From: Promethearchaeota archaeon
Lineage (GTDB): Archaea; Asgardarchaeota; Lokiarchaeia; Sigyniarchaeales; SOKP01
Length of the DNA stretch: 17,838 nucleotides
Assembly (NCBI GenBank): GCA_048941015.1
Contig: JBHLNZ010000064.1
Coordinates: forward strand, 1 to 17,838
Direction of reading: 5' to 3'
The stretch's first letter is position 1, and every line of letters begins with the position of its first letter. Shown here in pieces: positions 7,546-15,771 of this stretch. The notes under the pieces are model-generated. The model made no database searches and was not told the DNA's origin. It saw only the letters and a list, made by a program, of their open reading frames with translations. Made by a program: the position numbers and the translations under genes.

Positions 7546-9054
7546 TTACTTTTTTACTTTTTTCCCATTCTTCGCTCCTTCTTTTATTTCCTCATATTCC
7601 TTAATGGGTTTTGAATAATCAATACGTTTATCACACAACCAACAAACATTTTCTAAATCGGTTATTGCTTGAGCACATTTTTGACAATATATTGCTCCAC
7701 ACTCACATATATATGAGAATCTTAACACATCACCTCTACATACCAAGCAAACTTTTTTCTCTTTGGAAACTGCTACTTTTTCTTCAGTGAATTGAAACGT
7801 TATAACAATGCTTTTTTGTGTCATTCGTAGAATTAATTCATCTAATTGAGCTAATTCTATCCTATCAGCCATAGGTGCTTCAATTTCTTTTAATTTTTCC
7901 CATGAATCTGATTTTTGGAGTAAAATTTCAATTTCATCCGAAATCAACTCATCAAACTGTCTATATCCCATTCGTTCCGCTATTTTTTGAGCTTGAAATA
8001 ATAATCTTTTAGCTTTTGTAAAATTAAAAGTTAGTAGTGCCAATTTTGCTTGCAAGAGATAAATTTCAGAAGAAAACCAATAAGATTGTTCGCGATGAAT
8101 AAATTTTGATAATTGTATTGTGTAATGCTTTATTTCATTTATGATATCTAAATCGTTAGTTATGCGTAATTCTATAAGCATTAGGCTGCAAAGTTGTAGG
8201 AGGGATTTTATAACCATTTGGAAATCTTTTTTCTCTTCAATAATTTTTTTAAAAATTGCTTCTGCATCAACTCTACTTTTTGCCCTTAAACTTGTTTTTA
8301 GGATTAGAGCTTTATAGTATCGGTAGACTATACTATCTGTATCTCGTTCTGAAAATTCCATAAGATGTTCCATCTGAGAAAAATAATATTTTGCATTTTT
8401 AATATCACCTTTTCCAAGAACACAATCAATCAATGTTCCTAACCTCATTATTGAAAAAGGAGGATATTGAGTATCTACAGCACTTTTTGCGTAGAAAAGC
8501 GCTTTATCATAATCTCCTAAGTATTGGTATACTTCTCCGAGATTTATAAGGCTTGAGATAATCAGATGTTTATCTTCAGTTTCTTTTGCTAATTCATATG
8601 CTTTTTCATTTAACTTACGTGAAAGATGAAAATCTCCTTTTATAGCTTCGATACAAGCTTTGGTTCTAAGCATAAAAGATTCCCTTTCTTTAATATCTGC
8701 ATTTGGAATGTTTTTAAGTTTCTCAAATAATTCCTCAGCGTCTTTAATAATGGCTTCGCTCTGACTTAAATTTCCCGACATAATAAGTGCATATCCCTTA
8801 ATTAACAATGCATCAAAAATTAAGGATAGATTATCTAACTTCTTTCTTTGCTCTAATATTCGATTGGAACAATCAAGAGCATCGAAATATCGTGAGGATC
8901 TGTTATAGAGAGTTCCTTTGATTGAATAACATAAAAATAGTTCTTGATCAGAGAGTTGGCTCTTTTTCTCAAACTCTAAAATTAATTTTAAGGCTTCTTT
9001 AATCCTGCCATCTGCCATTAATTGTTTTGTTTGAACTAATTCATTTGATAACAA
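7546..9054 (-). CDS. TPR-like helical repeat protein with C-terminal C4C4 RING-like zinc finger (paralogue 2)
   Basis: Collinear with paralogue 1 (ERESFM.R, GDYDKA..YAK.A, YY.ALILKTSLRA, APMADR, CLVCRG.VLRFSYIC.CG.IYC..CA.AIT.LENVCW.C at 7633-7749). TTG start; an in-frame stop lies 11 codons upstream. Confidence 0.85.
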   Translation of the reverse strand: MLSNELVQTKQLMADGRIKEALKLILEFEKKSQLSDQELFLCYSIKGTLYNRSSRYFDALDCSNRILEQRKKLDNLSLIFDALLIKGYALIMSGNLSQSEAIIKDAEELFEKLKNIPNADIKERESFMLRTKACIEAIKGDFHLSRKLNEKAYELAKETEDKHLIISSLINLGEVYQYLGDYDKALFYAKSAVDTQYPPFSIMRLGTLIDCVLGKGDIKNAKYYFSQMEHLMEFSERDTDSIVYRYYKALILKTSLRAKSRVDAEAIFKKIIEEKKDFQMVIKSLLQLCSLMLIELRITNDLDIINEIKHYTIQLSKFIHREQSYWFSSEIYLLQAKLALLTFNFTKAKRLLFQAQKIAERMGYRQFDELISDEIEILLQKSDSWEKLKEIEAPMADRIELAQLDELILRMTQKSIVITFQFTEEKVAVSKEKKVCLVCRGDVLRFSYICECGAIYCQKCAQAITDLENVCWLCDKRIDYSKPIKEYEEIKEGAKNGKKVKK

Positions 9055-9195
9055 TTCTACTTCATATCGGTAATTTCTCTTATTTTATGTAAAATATACC
9101 TATAAATTTAATTAACTTATTTTGACTTAATTATCTAAATTTATTATGATAGATATTACCTCTATCTATAAAAATCTAATAAATCTAAACTAATA

Positions 9196-10128
9196 CTAAA
9201 ATTTATCACGTAAAAATAGCATTATTGCTTTTTGACCATGAAGGCGGTTTTCTGCTTCATCAAATACAACAGAATGCATTCCATCAATAACTTCTGCAGT
9301 TTGTTCATATCCTCGCATCGCTGGTAAACAATTCATAAAGATGGCATCTGATTTTGCATTTGCTAATATATTACTGGTAACTTGAAAAGGTATAAACGCT
9401 CTTTTTCTTTCTTCTTCTTGTTCGAGTGGAATACCATATGACATCCAAGAATCGGTATATAATATATCCGATTCATTCGCAGCTTCAAGAGCATTGTGAA
9501 CTACTTTTACTTCTGCACCAGAATTTTTGGATAGATTATTGACTTCGTTAAGCACTATCTTTTCAGGGGTATATTCTGGGCCTTTTGGACAAGCAACATC
9601 TAAGGTTAACCCAAACATAGCACTCATTCTCATGATATCATAGGTCACATTATTATGAGCATCTCCATAATAAGACATTTTTAAATTTTTTAATCGTCCT
9701 TTCTTTTCTTTAATTGTTAAAAAATCAGCTATAATTTGGCAAGGGTGAGCAAAATCATCTAACATATTTATTACCGGAACGTCAGAATATTTGGCAAGGT
9801 CCCATATATCTTGTCGTTTAAAAACTCGAGCTGCGATAAGATTAACATACCTAGAAGCCACCTTTGCAGTATCGCTAATGTTTTCTTTCTTTCCAAGAGG
9901 GGAATCTTTAATGGAATAAAAAATAGCATGACCACCTAATTGCTGCATTCCCGTTTCAAATGAAACACGTGTTCTTAAGGAAGGCTTTTCGAATATCATT
10001 AACAAAGTCTCATCTTCTAATGAATTCTTAAAATTTTTTGGGTTTTTTTTAATTTCAATTGCTTTTTCAATAACTTTCTCGCATTCTTCTTTTGAAAAAT
10101 CAGAGATTTTTGTTAAATGTCTAACCAT
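9196..10128 (-). CDS. argF: Ornithine carbamoyltransferase (probably catabolic, ArcB role)
   Basis: FEKPSLRTRVSFE (carbamoyl-phosphate site), LGGHA, HPCQ, GDAHNNV, YTDSWMSYG, FMNCLPAMRG, FDEAENRLH. Confidence 0.93.
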   Translation of the reverse strand: MVRHLTKISDFSKEECEKVIEKAIEIKKNPKNFKNSLEDETLLMIFEKPSLRTRVSFETGMQQLGGHAIFYSIKDSPLGKKENISDTAKVASRYVNLIAARVFKRQDIWDLAKYSDVPVINMLDDFAHPCQIIADFLTIKEKKGRLKNLKMSYYGDAHNNVTYDIMRMSAMFGLTLDVACPKGPEYTPEKIVLNEVNNLSKNSGAEVKVVHNALEAANESDILYTDSWMSYGIPLEQEEERKRAFIPFQVTSNILANAKSDAIFMNCLPAMRGYEQTAEVIDGMHSVVFDEAENRLHGQKAIMLFLRDKF

Positions 10129-10194
10129 TTTTATTCAATTCTAATTTTTTTATATCAGTTTCTTGAATTTATATCTAAATTTTCATTTAAATTT

Positions 10195-11373
10195 TTACTT
10201 TAGTTCTTCTTTTTGAGAAAAATCACGATTACTAGATAAGCTTGCTAATATTTCTTTATCTTTAGCAGATAATTTTTTAGTTATAATACGACTTATTAAT
10301 TCACCGAGACCTGGCCCAATCATAAATCCTTGCCCACATAAACCTACAGCATTAATATAACCTTCGATATTATCCTCTAATCCGATTATTGGATTACCAT
10401 CGGGTGTCATTGGATATAATCCTCTCCACGTTCTTCTAATTTTTATGTTTTGTAACCGTGGTAAAAGTGATATCATTCTTTTTGATATTTGTGGTAAATA
10501 AGAACTGGTTTCTTGACGATCCTTTCCTATAATACTCGGATTAGGAGTTAAACAGAAAATAATTTTTCCTTTTTTATTCTGATAAAAATAGTAATTTTTA
10601 GAATCTCCAAATTTGGGATCTTTAGAAGGCCGAATATCTACTACCATTGGTTCAAAAAATTTTTTAACTGGTTCAGTTATCCCCGCCTCATGAGATTCAG
10701 GTATTACCGGTAAATCGATACCTATCGTTTTTCCAATTTCTTTAGCGTTAGCACCAGCAGCATTAATAACATAATCCGCCTTGTATTTTTCTTTAGATGT
10801 TTTTACTCCTATAATTTTATTATTCTTAGTTAAAATATCAATAACTTCTTCTTTAAATTTATAATCTGTTCCATAATTTTTAGATTGTCGAAAAAAAGAG
10901 TGTAATGAAAGTAAGGGAGATGCGTTTCCATCTTCAGGACTGTAGGTTCCCCCTCTTAAGCCATTATCCTTAATTCCCGGGATTAATTCTCTAATCTTTT
11001 CGGAATCAACAAAATCTATATTCAACCCATATTTCTTTTGTTTTTTTACATTCTCTCGAAGAAAATTTTCATCTTTTTGGTTAAACGCTAGAAATGTATA
11101 ACCACCATCGATCCACCAAATGTCATCACCAAATTTCTCTTCCCAAGTAGAAAAAATTTCAATAGATCTTTGACATAACCATATCTTAGCTTTATGAGTA
11201 TGAGTTGCCCTTATCCCTCCTATTGCATGTTTATTATCACCTTGCGCAACGGATGGTAAGAAATCTATTACCAATGTTTTTAATCCATCATTCGCAGTTG
11301 CTAAAGCTGTTGGAATTCCTACACTTCCTGCTCCAATGATTATTACATCATATTCTACCAAATGTATTCTCAC
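10195..11373 (-). CDS. FAD-dependent amino acid oxidoreductase, DAO family (dye-linked proline dehydrogenase / sarcosine oxidase beta-like)
   Basis: YDVIIIGAGSVG Rossmann motif, GGIRA, VINAAG, RTWRGLYPMTPDGNPIIG, GLCGQGFMIGP. GTG start overlaps the upstream TGA stop (GTGA), although a TTG four codons later is an alternative start. Confidence 0.85.
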   Translation of the reverse strand: MRIHLVEYDVIIIGAGSVGIPTALATANDGLKTLVIDFLPSVAQGDNKHAIGGIRATHTHKAKIWLCQRSIEIFSTWEEKFGDDIWWIDGGYTFLAFNQKDENFLRENVKKQKKYGLNIDFVDSEKIRELIPGIKDNGLRGGTYSPEDGNASPLLSLHSFFRQSKNYGTDYKFKEEVIDILTKNNKIIGVKTSKEKYKADYVINAAGANAKEIGKTIGIDLPVIPESHEAGITEPVKKFFEPMVVDIRPSKDPKFGDSKNYYFYQNKKGKIIFCLTPNPSIIGKDRQETSSYLPQISKRMISLLPRLQNIKIRRTWRGLYPMTPDGNPIIGLEDNIEGYINAVGLCGQGFMIGPGLGELISRIITKKLSAKDKEILASLSSNRDFSQKEELK

Positions 11374-13448
11374 TTCCTCTCTTCTTGTACCCCTGCAAAA
11401 AGTCCCATAGATACTTCCATAAATAAGGGGCGCATAGTATGTGGAGTGATCTCTTCAATTTGTACACCTTCTTCTTGGAAAATCCGAAATATTAAGGGAA
11501 TACAAGTTTTTCCACCACATGCTCCCATTCCAACTCTAGTTAAAGCCTTGAGTTCATTAAAATCCCTTACTCCACAACGAATCCACTTTCTAACTTCTCC
11601 AACAGAAACTCTTTCACACCTGCAAATAATCACATCATCTTCAGTGTAGGTTTTCTGGTAAGTATCAATTGATTCAGTATAAGTGGTTTTTTTTAGTCTT
11701 ACTGCTACTGCTTTCTTTGCTATCTCTTTAGGTAATTTAATAGTAATTAATTGTGTTTTGGGGAATTCTTTAAGTATTCGTGCTCGATAAATTTCGAATT
11801 CTCCTAATTCTTGATCATTACTTACAACAAATACTTTTTTTCCTTTCACCAATTTTTCAAAACTTAATTCAAGAGGAAAGGTAACTAGTGGATTTTTATT
11901 ATCTTTTCGATAATCTACCAAAGTAACAGCTAAACCGGGACAAACTGCTACACATTTACCACATCCCAAACATTCTTTATCATCATTAAAGAAAGGTAAC
12001 TGAGAAATTAATCCATCAACAGTTTCAATTTGTTCTTGTGGGCAAACTGATGTGCATGGATTACAAGGGATTTCTTGATTACAATGAAAAAGGGGAAAAA
12101 TCCCTTCTTCTTTTTCTAAGTTAATAGACTGTGTTGGTAAAGGAGGTTTAGCTTTCATAAGATCCGCAAATTCTTGGAGATCTTCAATACTCTCGGAAAA
12201 TTTCACACCCTTTTCTCTAAGGATTTTAAATGCTTCAACTTTCCCAGTAAAGATTGCAGCAGAAGCTTCAGCGATTTCTTGAGCATCACCTGCAATCCAA
12301 ACTTTCATTCCAAATTGGGTTGCTTTATGGTAAAATTCATCAACTCGATTCAAACCTACTGCAATTAAGATTGTATCACATGCAAAGGTCTTTCCTGTTT
12401 CTGAAGCAATATCTCCATTATCATTAAGTTTCCCAATAGTAATTGATTTAACCTTCTCATCTCCATTTGCCGAAATAATAGTATGATTAGTAAAAATTGG
12501 AACTCCTAAACGTCTAAGTTTATCTTCATGAACCTTATAGCCTCCACAATAAGGTAGTGCTTCAATTAAACCAATTACATCGATACCTGCTTGAATTGCG
12601 TGATAACCTGCTATTAGTCCAACATTGCCACCTCCAACTATAAAAACTTTATCTGCTGCTCTTACCAAATCTCTATTAACAAGAGTTTGAAATGCACCTG
12701 CTCCATAAACACCAGGGAGAGTATTACCAGGAAAAACTAACATTTTTTCTCTCGCACCTGTAGCTATTAGGAGATATTGAGGCTTGACTAAAACATATTC
12801 ATTACCATTTTTCAATATTCCAATAATTTTATCTCTAAAAACCGCTAAAGCAGTACTATTTAGCCAAACTTTTACATTTTCTAATTGTTTTACATTTTGT
12901 CCCAAAATTTCTGCGATATGAATACCTCGTTTCCCTGCATATACGTCCTCTTCAGAACCAAAAAATTTATGCGTTTGAAGTACTAATTTTCCTCCTAGTC
13001 TATCTTTATCATCAATTAAAATAACATCTAAACCATGTTCACCTAAAATTTTAGTAGCCGAAAGTCCTGCTGGCCCAGCACCGATCACCAATGCTTCAGT
13101 TTCTATTATTTTTGGATCCTTTAGTTTAATTTCTTTATCATTTGAGGGTAGCTCAGGTAAGCCATTACAGCTCTCAATAATCATCCCTTCCTTAAGAGGA
13201 GTCATACAACCTTTTACAGGAATTCCGTTTACAATTACATTACATTGAGAACACTGTCCATTCGCGCAAAAAATTCCCTGAGGACTCCCATCCTTCTCAT
13301 GATGACCAAATATTTTAATCTTATTTAGAAAAAGCGCGGAAGATATAACCATCCCTTCAAACCCAGTCAATTCTTTTCCATCAAAGCTAAATTTAATCTT
13401 ATTTCTTTGGGGTATTTCTAAAATGGGATGTTTGGTTATATGTTCCAT
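11370..13448 (-). CDS. Multidomain Fe-S flavoprotein: [2Fe-2S] + FAD/NAD(P) oxidoreductase + 2x[4Fe-4S] + BFD-like domain (proline dehydrogenase / sarcosine oxidase alpha-like fusion)
   Basis: CANGQCSQC...C, VIGAGPAG, ATGARE..FPGNTLPGV, IVGGGNVG, CNQEIPCNPCTSVCP, CLGCGKCVAVCP, ICRCERV...TRVGMGACGGKTC. Confidence 0.88.
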   Translation of the reverse strand: MEHITKHPILEIPQRNKIKFSFDGKELTGFEGMVISSALFLNKIKIFGHHEKDGSPQGIFCANGQCSQCNVIVNGIPVKGCMTPLKEGMIIESCNGLPELPSNDKEIKLKDPKIIETEALVIGAGPAGLSATKILGEHGLDVILIDDKDRLGGKLVLQTHKFFGSEEDVYAGKRGIHIAEILGQNVKQLENVKVWLNSTALAVFRDKIIGILKNGNEYVLVKPQYLLIATGAREKMLVFPGNTLPGVYGAGAFQTLVNRDLVRAADKVFIVGGGNVGLIAGYHAIQAGIDVIGLIEALPYCGGYKVHEDKLRRLGVPIFTNHTIISANGDEKVKSITIGKLNDNGDIASETGKTFACDTILIAVGLNRVDEFYHKATQFGMKVWIAGDAQEIAEASAAIFTGKVEAFKILREKGVKFSESIEDLQEFADLMKAKPPLPTQSINLEKEEGIFPLFHCNQEIPCNPCTSVCPQEQIETVDGLISQLPFFNDDKECLGCGKCVAVCPGLAVTLVDYRKDNKNPLVTFPLELSFEKLVKGKKVFVVSNDQELGEFEIYRARILKEFPKTQLITIKLPKEIAKKAVAVRLKKTTYTESIDTYQKTYTEDDVIICRCERVSVGEVRKWIRCGVRDFNELKALTRVGMGACGGKTCIPLIFRIFQEEGVQIEEITPHTMRPLFMEVSMGLFAGVQEERK

Positions 13449-13484
13449 TTAGAATCTTATTATAATATAATTTAAGTTTTAATA

Positions 13485-15665
13485 TTATTGATATGGCTTA
13501 ATAAACGCAATTACATCATCATAATCAATACCTAATTCTTTAATCTTTTTAAGGGTAGGGCATCCTTTTTGGTTCCATCCCCTTTCTTTATATACTGCGT
13601 CTTGAAGTTTAGAATATTGTTCCTCTCGATATTCTCTTAAAAGTTTGACTTTTTCTTCAACATTTTTTCCAGAAATTTTGACTCCCAGCTCTTTTAATTG
13701 AGTATCATACCTTTCGGCCCGACTTTCATATTCTAATGGTGTAACTGGACCCATCGCTCGATAAGGAAAATTTGAATCATGTTCACGAAGACCCTTCCCT
13801 TGTCTTATATTAAAAATTCTCTGGAAGTTATACACAACTTCGGACATCATAATAAGGTCATCGGGAGTGGATTGCCGTCCTGTAACAGCTGAAAAATACT
13901 TTGCATACCATTCAACGTGATCAGGAACTTTAGCTCTAATTAACTCACCAGTTTCTGGATCTTTAATGGGATAATCTGCTTGAGAAGTTGGTTGAATATC
14001 ATTCCATGGAAGTTTACATAAACCATTTAACCCAAACCAAGTACGCCATAATGGAAACCATCGTAATGCTCTTGCTTTATCCTCAAAAGTGGGGATTGAA
14101 TTTCGGATAACATCCTCAAATATAAGCCATGCCTCATCATGTTGTGGCCCCTTATTAGTAAATCCATACCCTCCCTGCTGAGCTAAAGATTCCTTCGTAA
14201 CATATTCTGAAAATTCTAATCCTTTATGCTCCATTCCAATATCTTGGAGGAATTGAGGATCTGCACCATGCTTTTCAGCGAAAATCTTTTTCATTTCTTT
14301 TATGCCTTTACCAACAATAGCCCCAAATCCTTCGCCTCTCCTTATTTGATGAATAAGCTCGACCGCAGCCTCAGCATTACCGAATTTAAGTTCAAGACCC
14401 CCAGTTATTTCTTTATTCAAAATACCTGTTTCATAACATTCCATTACGAAAGCAATGCCCGTTCCCAAACTAATTGTATCTAAACCATACGTATCACAAT
14501 AAAAATTAGTTTCAAGAACCCATTTTGGATCCCATACACCCCAATTAGAGCCACATCCTGCTATTGTTTCATATTCGGGACCATCAACTATTACTTTTTG
14601 TCCTTTAAATGGTCCCGTTAATACCTCGTGGCCTTCTGAATAATGGGAACAACTAACAGTACATCCTAACCAACAACCATCAGCTCCTTCTCGACCTGAA
14701 TAAATCTTTCTCATTTCTTCTCTGCTATAAGGAATATCTTTTCCATCAATTTCCCTATGTCTTCCAAACCGGAAATTTTCAGTTGGAAGTAAATCAGTAA
14801 CATTCATAATATCAGGAAGATGACCTGTCCCTACTCGGCGCATTTCATTTTGAATGGGATCAAGTTTCATTATTTCTTGGCTGTGTGCCTTTCCAAGTTC
14901 CCTTGCTGTTTCTAAGTCCTCTGGATTATTTGAACTCACCGTTACCTTTGGAGAACGACATACTAAAGCTTTTATTTTTTTATCGGCGAAAACAGTTCCA
15001 ATTCCGCCTCGACCAGCTTGCTTATATGATGCCCAATTACGACCCTTAACATACCATGAAAAATTAAGTATACCCCATTTAGAATGTTTAGCAGCGGGAC
15101 CAGTACTCACTACTGAAATGCGTTGTTTCTCGCCTTCTTCTTTGGCATATTTTTCAGTTAGCTCTTGTGTAAGTAAATGCGAATATTCTGAATATTTATT
15201 TGAATTTTCTGTAGACTCTATTTGAACATATCCTTTTACTCCGTTTATATATATAATAACCTCTTTATCTGATTTGCCTTGTATTTCAATTGCATCAAAA
15301 CCAGAAAATTTTAAATAAGGGCCGAAATAACCACCTACGTTGCTATCAACAATAATCCCGGTCAGGGGAGAAACAGTTGTGACTATAGATTTTCCAGAAC
15401 CAGGATAAAAAATATTTCCTCCTAATGGTCCTGAAGAAATACATATCTCATTTTCTGGATCATTCCATTTTACTATTCTATCTTTTGGAAGAGCATTCCA
15501 CATTAACCATAAATCAAATCCTTTTCCACCAATAAATTTCTGTTTCATTTCATGGATAACAGGTTTAATGAGAATCTCATTTTTTGTTAAATTTATATAT
15601 AAAATTTGATTAGCGTAACCTTTTTCAACTTCAGGAATTTGATATTCTTTCCTAGCAAGGATCAA
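13485..15665 (-). CDS. Tungsten-pterin aldehyde:ferredoxin oxidoreductase (AOR/WOR family)
   Basis: FIGGKG, SPLTG..DSNVGGYFGPYLKFSGFDAI, AGRGGIGTVF..KKIKA, Fe-S Cys in GCWLGCTVSC and GLCKLPW, GPEYET, CDTYGLDTISLG, YKERGW...G.PT...KELGI. Confidence 0.93.
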   Translation of the reverse strand: MILARKEYQIPEVEKGYANQILYINLTKNEILIKPVIHEMKQKFIGGKGFDLWLMWNALPKDRIVKWNDPENEICISSGPLGGNIFYPGSGKSIVTTVSPLTGIIVDSNVGGYFGPYLKFSGFDAIEIQGKSDKEVIIYINGVKGYVQIESTENSNKYSEYSHLLTQELTEKYAKEEGEKQRISVVSTGPAAKHSKWGILNFSWYVKGRNWASYKQAGRGGIGTVFADKKIKALVCRSPKVTVSSNNPEDLETARELGKAHSQEIMKLDPIQNEMRRVGTGHLPDIMNVTDLLPTENFRFGRHREIDGKDIPYSREEMRKIYSGREGADGCWLGCTVSCSHYSEGHEVLTGPFKGQKVIVDGPEYETIAGCGSNWGVWDPKWVLETNFYCDTYGLDTISLGTGIAFVMECYETGILNKEITGGLELKFGNAEAAVELIHQIRRGEGFGAIVGKGIKEMKKIFAEKHGADPQFLQDIGMEHKGLEFSEYVTKESLAQQGGYGFTNKGPQHDEAWLIFEDVIRNSIPTFEDKARALRWFPLWRTWFGLNGLCKLPWNDIQPTSQADYPIKDPETGELIRAKVPDHVEWYAKYFSAVTGRQSTPDDLIMMSEVVYNFQRIFNIRQGKGLREHDSNFPYRAMGPVTPLEYESRAERYDTQLKELGVKISGKNVEEKVKLLREYREEQYSKLQDAVYKERGWNQKGCPTLKKIKELGIDYDDVIAFIKPYQ

Positions 15666-15671
15666 ATAATA

Positions 15672-15676
15672 TCACC
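15672..15676 (-). promoter_or_regulatory. Archaeal Shine-Dalgarno GGTGA supporting the TTG start of AOR
   Basis: Minus strand TTGGTGATATTAT then TTG at 15665 (6 nt spacing). Confidence 0.6.
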
Positions 15677-15771
15677 AATATACAAAAATTTGTTTAAATA
15701 ATATAAAACAATCCTATAGAGGGTGATTTTGATATAACTATATGCCCTCAATTTTTTAAAAAATTTGCTAT

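Noticed and set aside
9148-9166. GATAGA-N7-TCTATC hairpin and short ATCTAA repeats downstream of OTC
   Set aside because: A 6-bp stem in very AT-rich DNA is not significant; no repeat-spacer periodicity, so not CRISPR.
9196-10128. N-acetyl/N-succinylornithine transcarbamylase, suggested by SLRT
   Set aside because: The GDxxNNV and DxWxS ornithine-site motifs of true OTCs are present, and the context is catabolic.
11362-12368. Plus-strand ORFs 11362-11649 and 12174-12368
   Set aside because: Antisense to the Fe-S flavoprotein; Ser/Ile/Phe-rich shadow composition.
10195-13448. Hydrogen cyanide synthase (HcnABC) or heterotetrameric sarcosine oxidase
   Set aside because: Same superfamily, but the extra 2x[4Fe-4S] domain, lack of a folate-binding GcvT-like domain and of SoxD/SoxG, and the Arg/Orn context argue against them.
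14226-15225. Plus-strand ORFs 14226-14483 and 14854-15225
   Set aside because: Antisense to AOR; no independent coding evidence.
15719-15766. GAGGG...CCCTC inverted repeat and A/T palindrome between arcE and AOR
   Set aside because: Stem too short and loop too long to call a terminator or RNA element.
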